Position numbers and translations under genes: made by a program. A stretch of DNA of 64,000 bases. Origin: Mobula hypostoma (lineage: Eukaryota). Numbering within the stretch: the first letter of the stretch is position 1; each line of letters begins with the position of its first letter. Location of the stretch: positions 230,828,001 to 230,892,000 of the forward strand of contig NC_086097.1 in the NCBI RefSeq assembly GCF_963921235.1, written 5' to 3'. The notes beneath the pieces are model-generated. The model ran no database searches. It was not told the origin of the DNA and worked only from the letters and a program-made list of their open reading frames with translations. Of this stretch, positions 51,058-63,397 are shown piece after piece.

Positions 51058-51137
51058 CAGAGGTTCCCATCCTTTTTAATGCCATGGACCCCTACCATTA
51101 ACCGAGGGGTCCATGGACTTCAGGTTGGAAACCCCTG
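51058..51137. mobile_element. hAT MITE
   Basis: CAGAGGTTCCCATCC / GGTTGGAAACCCCTG; TSD TTCCATGT/TTCTATGT. Confidence 0.8.
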
Positions 51138-51444
51138 TTCTATGTTGTACTGCCTCAGATTATCCTGTGAATAAATTCTGTTAATAAATGGTGTTTAGTT
51201 GAAAGGATTGCCACCTTCCTTGCATTATAACAAATAAACTGCATGTGGCTATAACTTGGAAACCAGCTGTGCTTTCAAGACTTACAGTATTTCTTTTGGA
51301 TAATACTCCATGTTCTGATTACAATCTGTTTTAATTTCACCTTGCTATTCTCATTGAGTGAATGGAAGAATAAATAGCAGAATAATACTCTGAGTGTCTT
51401 GAAATTTACTGGACTTAACCGTCAGCAGGTCATACATTCTTGGG

Positions 51445-51525
51445 CAGAGGTTCCCAACCTGGGGTTCAGGGACTCCTTGGTTAATGGTAGAAGTCTATGG
51501 CATATAAAAAGGGTTGGAACACCTG
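51445..51525. mobile_element. hAT MITE (opposite orientation)
   Basis: CAGAGGTTCCCAACC / GGTTGGAACACCTG. Confidence 0.75.
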
Positions 51526-54120
51526 CTCTAGGGCAATAAATTATTTTAAAATGATTTTATGTAAGAGTAAGTTCAGCTTAGATCAAATGTTAACAAAGAG
51601 GAAAAAACAGTTGCTTACACTACTAGAGTCTTTTGAAAGCTGCAGTAAAATTCCAATAATCTGGTGTCACTGGATCTCTGGTGGCGGTGGCTGTACATTT
51701 TATGGACTAGTAGATTCTACTTCTGTTGATACCCCAAAAACAATTTTGAATTTGCTTTTTTTTATCGTGGGCCAAAGTGCCTGCAATGTGCTATGTTCTA
51801 TATGTTATAATTGACATTGTAGTATTTCTGGAGAATCAGTGAGTTTAGTATTGGTATTGGCTTATCATTGTTATCATGACACTGAGATACAGCGAAAAGC
51901 TTTTGTTTTGCATGTCATTCAAACAGCTCATGCCATACTCAATTACACCAAGGTAGGAAGGGAAAACAGAATGCAAGATATTTTGTTGCATTTACAGAGA
52001 GAAGTGCAGAGCAGGTAGACAAATACAGTGCAAGGGCCAGGAAGGGATAGATTGGGACATCAAGAGTCTGATAATGGATCGATAGAAGCTGTCCTTGAAT
52101 TGGTGGTACAGGCTCTCAAGCTTCTGTCTCTTCTGCCCAACAGGAGAGGGGAGAAGTGGCAATGACCAGGATAGCAGAGAACCCGATAGCTGGAATATTG
52201 TCTAGACACACAATCTTTGTTTGTTCAGTGTTTTGGGTGTCTTCATACTATAGCAATGAGTCACTTTGGCTGAATTCTGGTATTTATAATAGTGGGGACC
52301 TCAGGAAGATGCTGAGAACAACCAGCTACTAGGTTTATTCAGCTGAAGATGGTTCTGGGTACTTCAGCCTTTGTTTTGTGATTCGAATGCTGGGCTCCAT
52401 TATCACTATAGATGAGATTGTTCTTCAAAGTTTCTTTGAGCTCTCCACACCCCTACTTCCTCCTGTCTACTGGTTATTTTTCAACCTCCACATACGATTG
52501 GAAGTAGTAGGACAAGAGAGCTTCGAGATTGTTAGTTTGTTGTAGGTTTGCAGTGTTTCAGGTATATTTGGTTGGTTTCAGATACCGTACTGGACCTCCT
52601 CTTCCACATTTCTCATTGAACCAGAGTTGGCTCTCCAGCTCGATGGTAATGGCAGTGTGAGGGACTGTATAGATCAGGCCAAAAGATTACAAATTGGGGA
52701 AGTATGGTTCTGCGGATCATCTTTCCTCAAAATACCTAATTTTGAGCTGCTATGTTTGTTCTGTATCCATGACGTTCAGCGATTCATCGCAAATATGCAC
52801 TGGCCACTTTTCGCAGCACTGTTATAGAAAAATGCATCCACAACAGTTAAATTGGCAAGAAGGACACCAGTGGATATATGCCTCGTGTTGTTCCATCTGC
52901 CACAGATCTCTGGCAACTCTTCTTCAGAACTCACAGTTTGCTGCCACTGAGTAATTTGCTGGGCCATTTCACAGGACAGTTAAAAGTCAATCACACTGCT
53001 GTTGTGCTGCTGTGACACCTACAGTGCTGTTGGGTCAGCAGTTCAAGCAATTAGATCCACTATGGAGCAATATTATACTTCAACATCCAAGTGGCTAATT
53101 CCAGTGGATTGATTCCCTTCCTAAAGAACACTGGTGAATTAGACATTTTTCACAGCGGCCTGGTAATTTCATGACAACAATTATGGATACTAACAGTTCT
53201 TTTAATTTGAATTTTAATTCTTTTGATAGCATGGTGGCTTCCAAACTCACATATCTACAACAATAGTCAAGGCCTCTGCTAATTAAATCAGCAATTTAAT
53301 TGTAATGTTTCCATTCTGTCTTCATTTTCAAACGTTTTGAGCTGAGATATATTTCTAAAAGTTTCTGGAAGGATTTTTCACATTAAGGAGTTTGAAAGGT
53401 TTTGAGGCCCCTGCTGTGAATTCTGAGTTTCTTTTGTTTACTGCTCCATGCTGTCACTGTGTGTCAGACACAATATGTACCACCCCTGACATCAGACCCA
53501 TAGCGATGATCCCCTGCACTTAATTGCATGTTAATGACAATGTACAGAGTTACATGCACAACTCTGAACTCCTTACTGTTGTCAATCACTCATTATATGT
53601 ATATGTAAATTCAGCTAAGTGGGACAGTGGGTTTTTCAGTCAGAATCGGTTGCAAGTTGCACATTTGCTGCCCTTGTCCTCCAGGCAGAAAAAAAGAAGA
53701 CATCTCTTTCTGAAGTATGGAAGTTTGGTCCAAAAGTGAACTTAATTCATGGAACACGTGTAGGGCTGCCTATAGAATCATACAGCCTAGATACAGGCCT
53801 ATCAGCCCAAATCATCCATGCTACACAAGCCATTCCCATCGCCTGCATTTGGTCTGCATCTTTGGAATTCTCTTCTTCCAAGGGTGGGGGAATAAATTAG
53901 ACATTCATTCAGTGATTCCTCTTGTTTCATGTGGATCTCAAGACACTTATTTCCATATAAAAATGTTGGAAGACAACATACATAAGTTATTAAACGTTTC
54001 CAAGCCTCCCATTCTTCTGTTTGTCCTATTATGTAAAGATGGATCAAAGCTTCATTTCTCCTTTGTTCAGTGCCTTCTACTTTTACCACCAAGAAAAATA
54101 TCCAAGGATTCCTTTACTCT

Positions 54121-54378
54121 TCATCATCATCATCATCATTATGTGCCGTGAAATATGACATGGGCGATCATGGGTTTCACCAGTCTTTAATCTGAGAAGT
54201 TCTAATAAGATCTTCAAAAACTTTTGCGTGACCATCCCTTGATGTAACGCATAAACGTCTTGCACTGTTGACCAAGACTTTTTCTTCCATCACTTTTTCC
54301 TGTCACTGCAAGATGTTCGGGCTTCTCTTTCCTCAGTACATGTCCCACAAATTCCAGCTGCTGTTTCTTGATTGATGG
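54121..54378 (-). mobile_element. RTE-clade LINE 3' fragment
   Basis: Minus strand encodes IKKQQLEFVGHVLRKEKPEHLAVTGK (RTE C-terminal motif); (GAT)n tail. Confidence 0.75.
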
Positions 54379-54689
54379 CGCAATTAGGAAAAGGTAAGCT
54401 GGAAGGCAGCTGAATAGGAGATATTTTAAAAATTACTTGTTTTATTATCATAATAGTAAAGGAATGATGCCTCTTATTTGTTCTTTACTAGTATGATAAG
54501 AAAAAAGAACTTCTATTCAACTGCCTTTCAGCCAGTTTTTTCTGATTGAGTCATTTTTCTTCTATTTAGCCTCACATTGATCCTTTCCCCATACACTTTA
54601 CCAAAATGGTTTCTGCAAATTCAGGCAATAGAAAACAAAAATATTTTTATCCTGAATATTTTCAATTCATCAAGACATGGAGAGAGCAC

Positions 54690-55105
54690 TTCCCTGTCCT
54701 CTCCTTCACCTTTCCCCATCCCTTTACCCTCTCTCACCATATCTCTTTACCTGCCCATTGTCTCCCTCTGCTGCTCCTCCCCCTTTTTCTTTCTTCCATG
54801 GCCTTCTGTTCTCTCCTGTTGGACTCCCCCTTCTTCATCCCTGTGTCTCTTTCGCCAATCAACTTCCCAACTCCTTACTTCACCTCTCCCCCTCCCGGTT
54901 TCACCTATCTCCTTGTGTTTCTCTCTCCCCTCCCCCACATTTTAAATTTACTCATCGTTTTTTTTCTCCAGTCCTGCTGAAGGGTCTCAGCCCGAAATGT
55001 CAACTGTACTCTTTTCCATAGATGCTGCCTGGCCTGCTGAGTTCCTCCAGCATTTTGTGTGTGTGGCTTGGATTTCCAGAGTCTGCAGATCTTCTCTTGT
55101 TTGCA
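54690..55105 (+). mobile_element. Penelope-like terminal region with variant hammerhead (54970-55005)
   Basis: Pyrimidine tract, then AGTC-CTGCTGA-AGGGTCTCAGCCC-GAAATGTC, then the PLE end. Confidence 0.8.
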
Positions 55106-55850
55106 AATTTTCTTATGCTTTCCACTCTGAGTATCACTGGCTTGTCATTTCATTCCTGTTGAACTAGGTAGATCTCTGGTTCTCAGGATTCAGGCTCTTA
55201 ATGACATGTTAAAATCCTTCCCAAATTTTCTTGTAATTATAGCAAAGACTAGATTCTGGAAATCCAATGCAAAAAAAGCAAATTTGGAGCTAACACACTA
55301 AGCCCTAGTGGAACTCAGCGGGTCAGGCAGCACCTAAGGAGGAGAGAGGACAAGACGGTGTTTTGTTGGCTGTCCATTTCCCCACTGTATGTGCTCTGAC
55401 CCATTGTGTTCCACCAGCACTTTGTGTGCTGCTCTACATTCCAGTATCTGCAGTCTTTTTTGTCTCCAAATGCTGGAAATATTCAGCAAGTCAAGCAGCA
55501 TCAGTGGGGAGAGAAACAGCTGATTCCAGCAAAATCTCACTTTTCCAGTGCCAACGAAGGATCTTGTTTTCTAGACTCTTGGGCATCCACTCATCTTCCC
55601 ATCGTTTGCATAATATCTGGTGGCAGTGCCATAGCCTGCATCTACGTCCCTGCAATTCTTTCCTTTTCATATTGTATTCTGAGAACTGATCTCTTTGGCC
55701 AATACTTTCCTAATCTCTCTCCATTGGCTTGGTTGTTTTAGTGAAGGGCTTGGCTTCATCGTACTGTGTTGAAAGCATTGCACATATCACTTGGCTGAAG
55801 TACCCAGAAGGAGAAATATAGTGAATGTTGTTGAAGTTAGCTGTAAATTT

Positions 55851-56100
55851 GGGATGCCACTGTGGCATAGTGGTTAGCACGACGGTATTTCAGCTTGGAG
55901 CCTCGGAGATCAGAGTTTAATCCTACCGTCCTTTGTAAGGAGTTTCTACATCCTCACATGGAATGCGTGAGTTTCCTCCCACAGTCCAAAGATGTACCGG
56001 TTAGTCGGTTAATTGGTCATTATAAACTGTCCCACGATTAGGGTAGGGTTAAATGGGAATTGCTGGTGGCGAGGCTTGAAGGGACGATTTCTAAATGAAT
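55851..56100 (+). mobile_element. HE1-like tRNA-derived V-SINE
   Basis: A box TGGCATAGTGG and V domain TTTCCTCCCACAGTCCAAAGATG. Confidence 0.75.
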
Positions 56101-56526
56101 AACTGAATTTAAACAAGAGGCAGAGATATAAACACAATAGTGCCATTTCTCTGGATTGCACAGTCTCATGCATTGTGGTGCTGCACTGGGAACACATGAA
56201 ATTTCCTTCCTAAAATAGATCATTAGAAGATAGGGAAAAGTTAATAAGACTCATTTGCTTCCCTGAATGCACAATGTCTGACACAGAGTTACAAAGAAAT
56301 TGAAATATGAAATCATAATATTCTGCACAGCCAGGATGTACTGTATTGGTTTTATTCTGTGTCACTGCCTCTTTCATCTAACATAGCACACATGAAACAC
56401 TGCAGGAACTCAGCAAGTCAGGCTGCGTCTATAGCGAGGAATAAAGAGCTGATGTTTCAGTCCAAGATCATTCACCCCTTTAGTCAATTCTATTTATACT
56501 GTATATGCCTTTTGTTAGTCTTTTGT

Positions 56527-57870
56527 TTCAGAATCAGAATCTGGTTTAATATCACTGGCATATGTTGTAGAACTTGTTGTTTTGTGGCAGTGGTACATTG
56601 CAATACATAATAATAAAAATGATAAATGACAATAAATAAATAAACAAACAAACAAATGAATTAAATTAAATAAGCAATGCAAAATGAGATGTCAAAAACA
56701 CTAAGGTGATGTTCAAGTGTTCATGGGTTCACTGTCCATTCAGAAATCTGACTGTGGAGAGGAAAAGCTGTTCCTGAAATGTTGAGGGTGCGTGTCTTCA
56801 GGCTCCTGTACCTCCTCCTTGATGGCAGCAATGAGAAGAGGACACGTCCTGTATGATAGGGGTCCTCAGTGATGGATGCTGCCTTTTTGAGATATCACCT
56901 TTTGAAGGTGTCCTGGATGCAGGGGAGTCTAGTGCTCATGATGGAGCTGGCTGAGTTTACTGATCCCGTGCAGTGGCTATTCCATACTAGATAGTGATGC
57001 AATCAGTTAGAATACTCTTTACGGTACACCTATAGAAATTAGTAAGAGTCTTTGCTGACAGACCAAGTCTCCTCAAACTCCTAATGGAATATAGCTGCTG
57101 CACTGCCTTTTGTGTTACTGCATTAATATGTTGGGCCAAGGAAAGATCTTCAGAGATGTTGACACCCAGAAACTTGAAACAGCTCACCCTTTCCACTTCT
57201 AATCCCCTGATAAAGACTGGTGTATGTTCCCTTGACTCCCCCTTCTTAAAGTCCACAATCAATTCCTTGATGCTGAGTGCGCGGTTGTTGCTGTGACGCA
57301 GCTCAATCAGCTGATCCTTCTCACTCCTGTACACCTCCTTGTCACCATCAGAAATTTGACCAACGATAGTTTTGTCATCGGCAAATTTATAGATGGTGTT
57401 TGAGCTGTGCCTTGCCACACAACTGTAGGTATAGAGGGTAGAGCAGTGGGTGAAGCATGCGTCCTTGAGGTGCGTCAGTGTTGACTGTCAGCAAGGAGGA
57501 GATGTTACTTTCGATCTGCACCACTGTGGTCTCCTGGCGAAGAAGTCAAGGATCCAGTTGCAGAGGGAGGTACGGAGATCCAGGTTTTGGAACTTGTTCA
57601 TTAGAACTGCGGGTATGATTGTGTTGGACGCTGCGTTGTAATCAATAAACAGCAGCTTGATGTAGATATTACTATTGTCCAGCTGATCCAGGGTCAAGTG
57701 GAGAGCCAGTGAGATTGAATCTGCTGTAGGCCTGTTGTGGTGATAGGCAAATTGCAGTGGGTCCGGGTCCTTGATAAGGCAGATGCTGTTTATCCATGAC
57801 CACCCTCTCAGAGTATTTCATTACAGTAGATGTGAGTGCCACTCTGTGTGAGTTGTTGAAACTGCTCACC
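56527..57870 (-). mobile_element. Rex/Babar-type LINE
   Basis: IYKFADD, FKFLGVNISEDL and LCNWILDF; (CAGAAT)n tail. Confidence 0.85.
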
Positions 57871-58228
57871 CTAATCCAATTTTAAATAGCAGTGAAATCC
57901 CTCACATCTGATCCAATGAAATAGATATTTAACTGAGATTGTTGGTCCTGAACATGAATGTGGAAGATACTGGGAGTTAACTGTCAGCACATTATTAAAT
58001 GAGATTTACTTTCCCATTTATGTTCTTGTTTCTATTATGGTGAAGGTAGTCTATAATTGATGATCATGTAATTTTAGAATCTGGCATGGAGGATTATAAT
58101 GTCATTATTATTTCAAAGTTCATTTATTATCAAAGTATGTATACTGTATATAACCTTAAGATGTGTCTCCTTACAGGCAGCCACAAAACTAAAGAAACAC
58201 AATATTTTTCATGTAATTACTTATCAGT

Positions 58229-58529
58229 GGGCACGTGGCCAAGTGGTTAAGGCATTGGACTAGTGACCTGAAGGTCGTGAGTTCGAGCCCCAGCCGAGGG
58301 AACGTGTTGTGTCCCTGAGCAAGGCACTTAATCACACATCGCTCTGCGACGACACCGGTGCCAAGCTGTATGGGTCCTAATGCCCTTCCCTTGGACAACA
58401 TTGGTGTCGTGGAGAGGGGAGACTTGCAGCATGGGCAACTGCTGGTCATCCATACAACCTTGCCCAGGCCTGCACCCTGGAGAGTCAAGACTTAGTCTCG
58501 CAAGACTAATCGATGCCTTTATTTTACTT
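58229..58529 (+). mobile_element. tRNA-derived CORE-type SINE
   Basis: A box TGGCCAAGTGG, B box GTTCGAGCC, CORE-like GTGTCCCTGAGCAAGGCACTTAA; 15-bp TSD TAATTACTTATCAGT. Confidence 0.85.
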
Positions 58530-59174
58530 TAATTACTTATCAGTTAATCCTAGTATAACTCAGCATTCACTCATGGCCAATATTTCAAGTGTGAAATATG
58601 ATTATCCATCCTAGTTTCTTGCCCCTCTATAATGATGTCAGTTCATTTGAATTTGTTCTTGGTCTGGATTAAAATATCTTAATGACAGATGCCTACTGAG
58701 TTTGAAGCCAGGATTAGCACCTGAATCCTAAGGATGATGTACTGAAAGCAGCAAAGGGTTTCACTTTTTTATTGGGATCAGGAGAAAATCTTTGATCAGT
58801 AGTGTGTAAATTTATGTACAGGTTACTGGCAACCAAAACCTGGTTTTAGTATAAGTTCTGATGAATGTTGCGGCCCAAAATTCCCCACCCTCTCATAGAT
58901 GATGACTTGCTGATTTCCTCTAGCATCTTGTGTGTGTTATGCTCGATTTCTAACATCTGCAGTGCCTCTTGTGTTCTTCCTTCATATGACATCAGTCAAT
59001 GAACAAAGTGCAGTATATTAGGATATGTCATGCACTATGGAATACTTTTGAGGCTTATAAAGCTTTTTATGAAATGGCAGACAGGTGCATACAGGTCAGC
59101 AATTTTACTTGTTCCGAATGTGCATAATTTTACGTTATCGTCCTTTATAAACCATATTTTTACCAGTGTTGTAC

Positions 59175-59344
59175 CTCATCGATAGTCCACTTGGACACCT
59201 TGCTGGCTTGGAAGTTCAGCACGCTGGGCAGTAGTTTGCAGTGCTGCTCCCAGCAAAGGGGGAGATCACGAACAGGGTGAGCGGAAATGGTTGACATGAA
59301 AACAGACTGGTGGAGAGCTTGCTGCATAGTGTCAAAGGAAAGAT
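59175..59344 (-). CDS. L3MBTL4: L3MBTL-family exon preceding and starting the SAM domain
   Basis: 170 nt encoding (D)LSFDTMQQALHQSVFMSTISAHPVRDLPLCWEQHCKLLPSVLNFQASKVSKWTIDE, with polypyrimidine-CAG acceptor and GT donor. From recalled sequences, SAHPxRDLPL favours L3MBTL4 over L3MBTL1/3. Confidence 0.88.
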
Positions 59345-59406
59345 CTGGAAAAGAAAGGGAAAAAGAAATTACTAATTTTAGAAGAAACATTTATTTTAAA
59401 CTTTGA

Positions 59407-59853
59407 CTTCTCTAACTTCTGTTAATTTCCAACCTCCCCTTCGTACCCCATCCGTTATTTATTATTATTATTTTTTTTTTCTCTCTCCTTTTTCTTCCTC
59501 TGTCCCTCTCACTATACTCTTCGCCCATCCTCTGGGCTTCCCCTCTCCCCCTTTCTTTCTCCCTAGGCCTCCTGTCCCATGATCTTCTCATATCCTTTTT
59601 GCCAATCACCTGTCCAGCTCTTGGCTCCATCCCTCCCCCTCCTGTCTTCTCCTATCATTTTGGATCTCCCCCTCCCCCTCCCACTTTCAAATTTCTTACT
59701 AGCTCTTCTTTCAGTTAGTCCTGACGAAGGGTCTCGGCCCAAAACGTCGACTGTACCTCCTCCTATAGATGCTGCCTGGCCTGCTGCGTTCACCAGAAAT
59801 TTTTATGTGTTTTGTTTGAAATTCTAGCATCTGCAGATTTCCTCGTGTTTGTG
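59407..59853 (+). mobile_element. Young Penelope-derived element with hammerhead motif (59717-59752)
   Basis: 14-bp TSD ATTTTAAACTTTGA at 59393-59406 and 59854-59867; AGTC-CTGACGA...AAAACGTCGACT. Confidence 0.88.
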
Positions 59854-59878
59854 ATTTTAAACTTTGATTCCCTATATA

Positions 59879-60471
59879 CGAGGGGTGATTGATAAGTTTG
59901 TGGCCTAAGGTAAAAGGAGTCAATTTTAGAAAACCTAGCACATTTATTTTTCCTACATTTACACACTTAGTCCAGCGGTCTTGGAGCATACGGATCCCTT
60001 CTTTGTAGAAGTCAGTGTCTTGGACCTCCAGAAGTGGTTCACAACAGGGGTGATTGGTAAGTTTGTGGCTTGAAATAGATGAGGAGAAACATCAAACTTT
60101 CTGCATTTTCACTCAAAGAGTTGAACTGCACGTGCATGTAACGAGAGCTGTGTAACTCATCCCCTTCTACCTTAGGCCACAAACTTATCAATCACCCCTG
60201 CTGTGGACCACCTGGAGGTCCAAGACACTCTCGTTACATGCACGTGCAGTTCAACTCTTTAAGAGGTTTGAAGTTAATAACTCATCGAGGCCACGAACTT
60301 ATCAATCACCCCTGCCGTGGACCAGTTCTACAAAGAAAGGATCCGTATGCTCCACGACCGCTGGACTAAGTGTGTACATGTAGGAGGGGACTATGTTGAA
60401 AAATAAATGTGCCAGGTTTTCTAAAACTGACTCCTTCTACCTTAGGCCACAAACTTATCAATCACTCCTTG
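59879..60471. mobile_element. Mariner-derived foldback MITE
   Basis: TA|CGAGGGG end and long inverted arms. Transposase C-terminus FYKERIRMLHDRWTKCVHVGGDYVEK* at 60326-60406, with an inverted copy near 59945-60010. Confidence 0.88.
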
Positions 60472-62149
60472 TGTGATAAGGAATAGGAGCAGGAATAGGT
60501 CATCTGGCCCGTCAAGCCTGCTCTGCCATTTATGTCAGAAGCATGGTGATATTTGCAGGCCGTCTAACTCAATCCTCACTTATTTGATTTGAGGAAATGA
60601 TGCAATTCGCTGCATGTTTTGATGTGCATATGACAAATAAAGCTAATCTTGATCTTCTTTAATCACTAAGATTATGGTTGGACTCCCTGCCTTTACCCAT
60701 AGTCCTTAATTCCCCTGCTATGTAAAAATCTATCTAACTGTGCCCTGAATACATTTAATGAGGTAGCCTCTCTACTGGTCCCCTGAGCAGAGAATTTCAC
60801 AGATTCACCACTCACTATTCAATATTTATAATTTTAATGGCATTATCAAAAGGAAAAGTTTTGCACCACTCATTTATACTTTCAAGTCAGATGCCAGCTG
60901 CGTAATCATTAAAAATTTGTTGAGAATTAATATCAAAGATGTTTCCAATAATTATTTAAAATTAAAATAAATTGAGAATGGGTCATTTGATTAACTGCAT
61001 CTTATTAACTGCTGTGCAGCTAACTGTGACAGGTAGATAGGTCTCTCTGTGTTCGTGAGGTGTCCCTCTCTTTCAATGTTGGAGGATGCTTTCGTGGTTC
61101 TGTGTTTATGGATTGGACTATTGCGTTTATGAACTGTGGACTTGCTCATATTTATGGTTTTTATATTCTGTGTTCTTAGCCTGTTCCTTTTCCATTTTGT
61201 TGTGCAAGGGAAGGGGTTTTTGGGGTCGATGTTCTGGTTGCATTCTGTTATGTTTTTCTATGTGGGGGAGGGGTTGTTTGGGGGTCAATGTTCCTGTGTT
61301 TTGTGTGGGGGGAGGAGGATTTGGGGGTTGATGATCAGATTGCTGTTTTTTGTATGGGGGTGGATTTGATGTTTCTCTCTGAACAACTTTCACGTTCTTT
61401 CTTTGTTTGGTGGCTATCTGGAGAAGATGAACCTCAGAGTTGTATATGGATATATACTTTGATAATCAATGAACCTTTGAAGTGCCTGATAGGAAAGAGA
61501 ACATTGGTTTCTTAATTATTAGACAGAACTAGCAAGTCAAGCTGTTTGCAAGTTCTAACCTCTCCCATCTATGGCAAAGAATTATACTTATAAATCCATT
61601 GTTACTTAGGTAACTTGAATGTTCTATTTACTATTAACAGAACCAAAACAGAGCATGAACAATAATGTTTCACCAGCTAAGCGGAACAAGAACTTGATGT
61701 TACTAAATTCAAAACTGCTCATTTGTTTAGCAAAGCAGATTTTTTTGAAAATAATTAACCATGTTTCAGGGCAACACATACAAAATACAGGAGGAACTCA
61801 GCAGGTCAGGCAGCGTCCATGGAAAGGAATAAACAGCTGATGTTTCGGAATGAGACCCTTCATCAGGACCATATTTCAGGTTTTCCTGATTTATTCCAAG
61901 TCCAGAATTTAAACATAAATTCTTCAAAGCCAGAAGAGACTGCAGATACTAGAATCTGGAAACAACCAATCTTCTGGAGGATGTATAATGTTGAAAGTCT
62001 ATAATTTAATGAGATGTTTGGACAGTGGGGACTGAAGGATATGGGAAGTGAGTGGAAAGCTGGTCTAGAGATGAAAGACCAGAAAGGTCCAAAGAATCTA
62101 ATTATCTTTTTCTCATCCTAGTGGAAGAATAATGTATTTCAGTTTAACC

Positions 62150-62349
62150 CTGTTGCTGTTGTTCCTTTCTCTGCTTTGTGGTGCATCGGGCGGCAATCTT
62201 GCCGTTTTTGTTTTAGCATTTGCCTGTTTTTTATGCAGCTGAGTTGCCTGCACAATGCTCTACCCAGCATGGAAGGAGCCTGCCAGATTCGAACCCGGGA
62301 ACACTCGCCTCGAAGGTGGGTGCAGGTGCCACTACAGCACCGGACGGTC
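62150..62349 (-). mobile_element. tRNA-derived SINE with (CAA)n-like tail
   Basis: B box GGTTCGAATC; TSD TTCAGTTTAACC at 62138-62149 and 62350-62361. Confidence 0.8.
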
Positions 62350-62599
62350 TTCAGTTTAACCTTCCTCTCATTTTATTCATTTCAGATTGACTGAATAGTT
62401 TGCATTTAGACGAAGAATTCTTTCCAAAGAGAATTAGTTTTTATTTAAAAATGGATTTGAAAATATAACACAGTGAAAAATGACTGTAAAGCAAATATTA
62501 ATGTGCCAAGATAAGCACAGCAAACAACTGACAAAAATATATTCTAGCCATATACTTTAAATTATGCAATTATTAAACCACCAATCTCAACACAAGGAC

Positions 62600-63397
62600 A
62601 ATTGACAACACCACTGTTCTTGGTAAAATCTCAGATGATGAAGTGGAGGCATATGGTAGTGTGACAGGCTGGTTGAGTAATATTTCAACAACGTCCAACT
62701 CAATGTCAACAAGATCAAGAAACTGATTGTGTAATTTAAGAAACGGAAGTCAGGAGAAAACAACACCAGTCCTCATTGAGAGGTCAATGGTAGAAAGGGT
62801 GAGTAACTTTAATGATCTGGGTATCAACACCCTAGATCTGTCCTGAGCAATGACAAAGAGGGAATGCCAGTGGCTCTGCTTCACTCAGAATTTGAGGAGA
62901 TTTGATATGTCAGCTGAAATCCTTGCAAATTTCTATAGGTGTGTGGCAGAGATCATTCTGACTGGTTGCATCACAGCCTGGCGCAGAGGCTCCACAGCAC
63001 AAGATTGGAAAAAGCTGCAGAGGGTTCTAAACTCAGCCAGCTCCATCGTGAGAACCAGCCTCCCCACCATCGAAGACACTCTCAGGAGGAGGGGCCTCAA
63101 GAAGGTGGCATTCATCATTACGGATCTTCACCATCTGGGTCATGCACTGCTCTCGTTACTACCATTGAGGAGAAGGTAAAGGAGTCTGAAGACCTTTACC
63201 CAATGGTTCAGAAACAACTTCTTCCCCTCCTTTATCAGGTTACTGAATGGTCCGTGAACCCAGGGATACTACCATTTAATTTGTTTTTACTTAATTTGTA
63301 ATTTATAATAACTATATGTTTATGTACTACACTACCGTTGCACCATAACAATTTAACATCATATAAGATGGTGATAATAACCCTGATTCTGATTCTG
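62600..63397 (+). mobile_element. Rex/Babar-type LINE 3' part
   Basis: NFYRCVAEIILTGCITAW...KKLQRV; (GATTCT)n tail. Confidence 0.8.

Noticed and set aside
53717..54151. ORF ending in poly-His
   Set aside because: The His run comes from the (CAT)n tail of an RTE fragment.
58229..58300. tRNA gene
   Set aside because: The tRNA-like head continues into a CORE-like body with a tail and 15-bp TSD, so it is a SINE.
59160..59390. Stand-alone 76-aa ORF
   Set aside because: Only 59175-59344 is coding, bounded by AG/GT; the flanks are intronic.
59717..59752. Active hammerhead
   Set aside because: The conserved GAAA is mutated to AAAA, so it is probably inactive.
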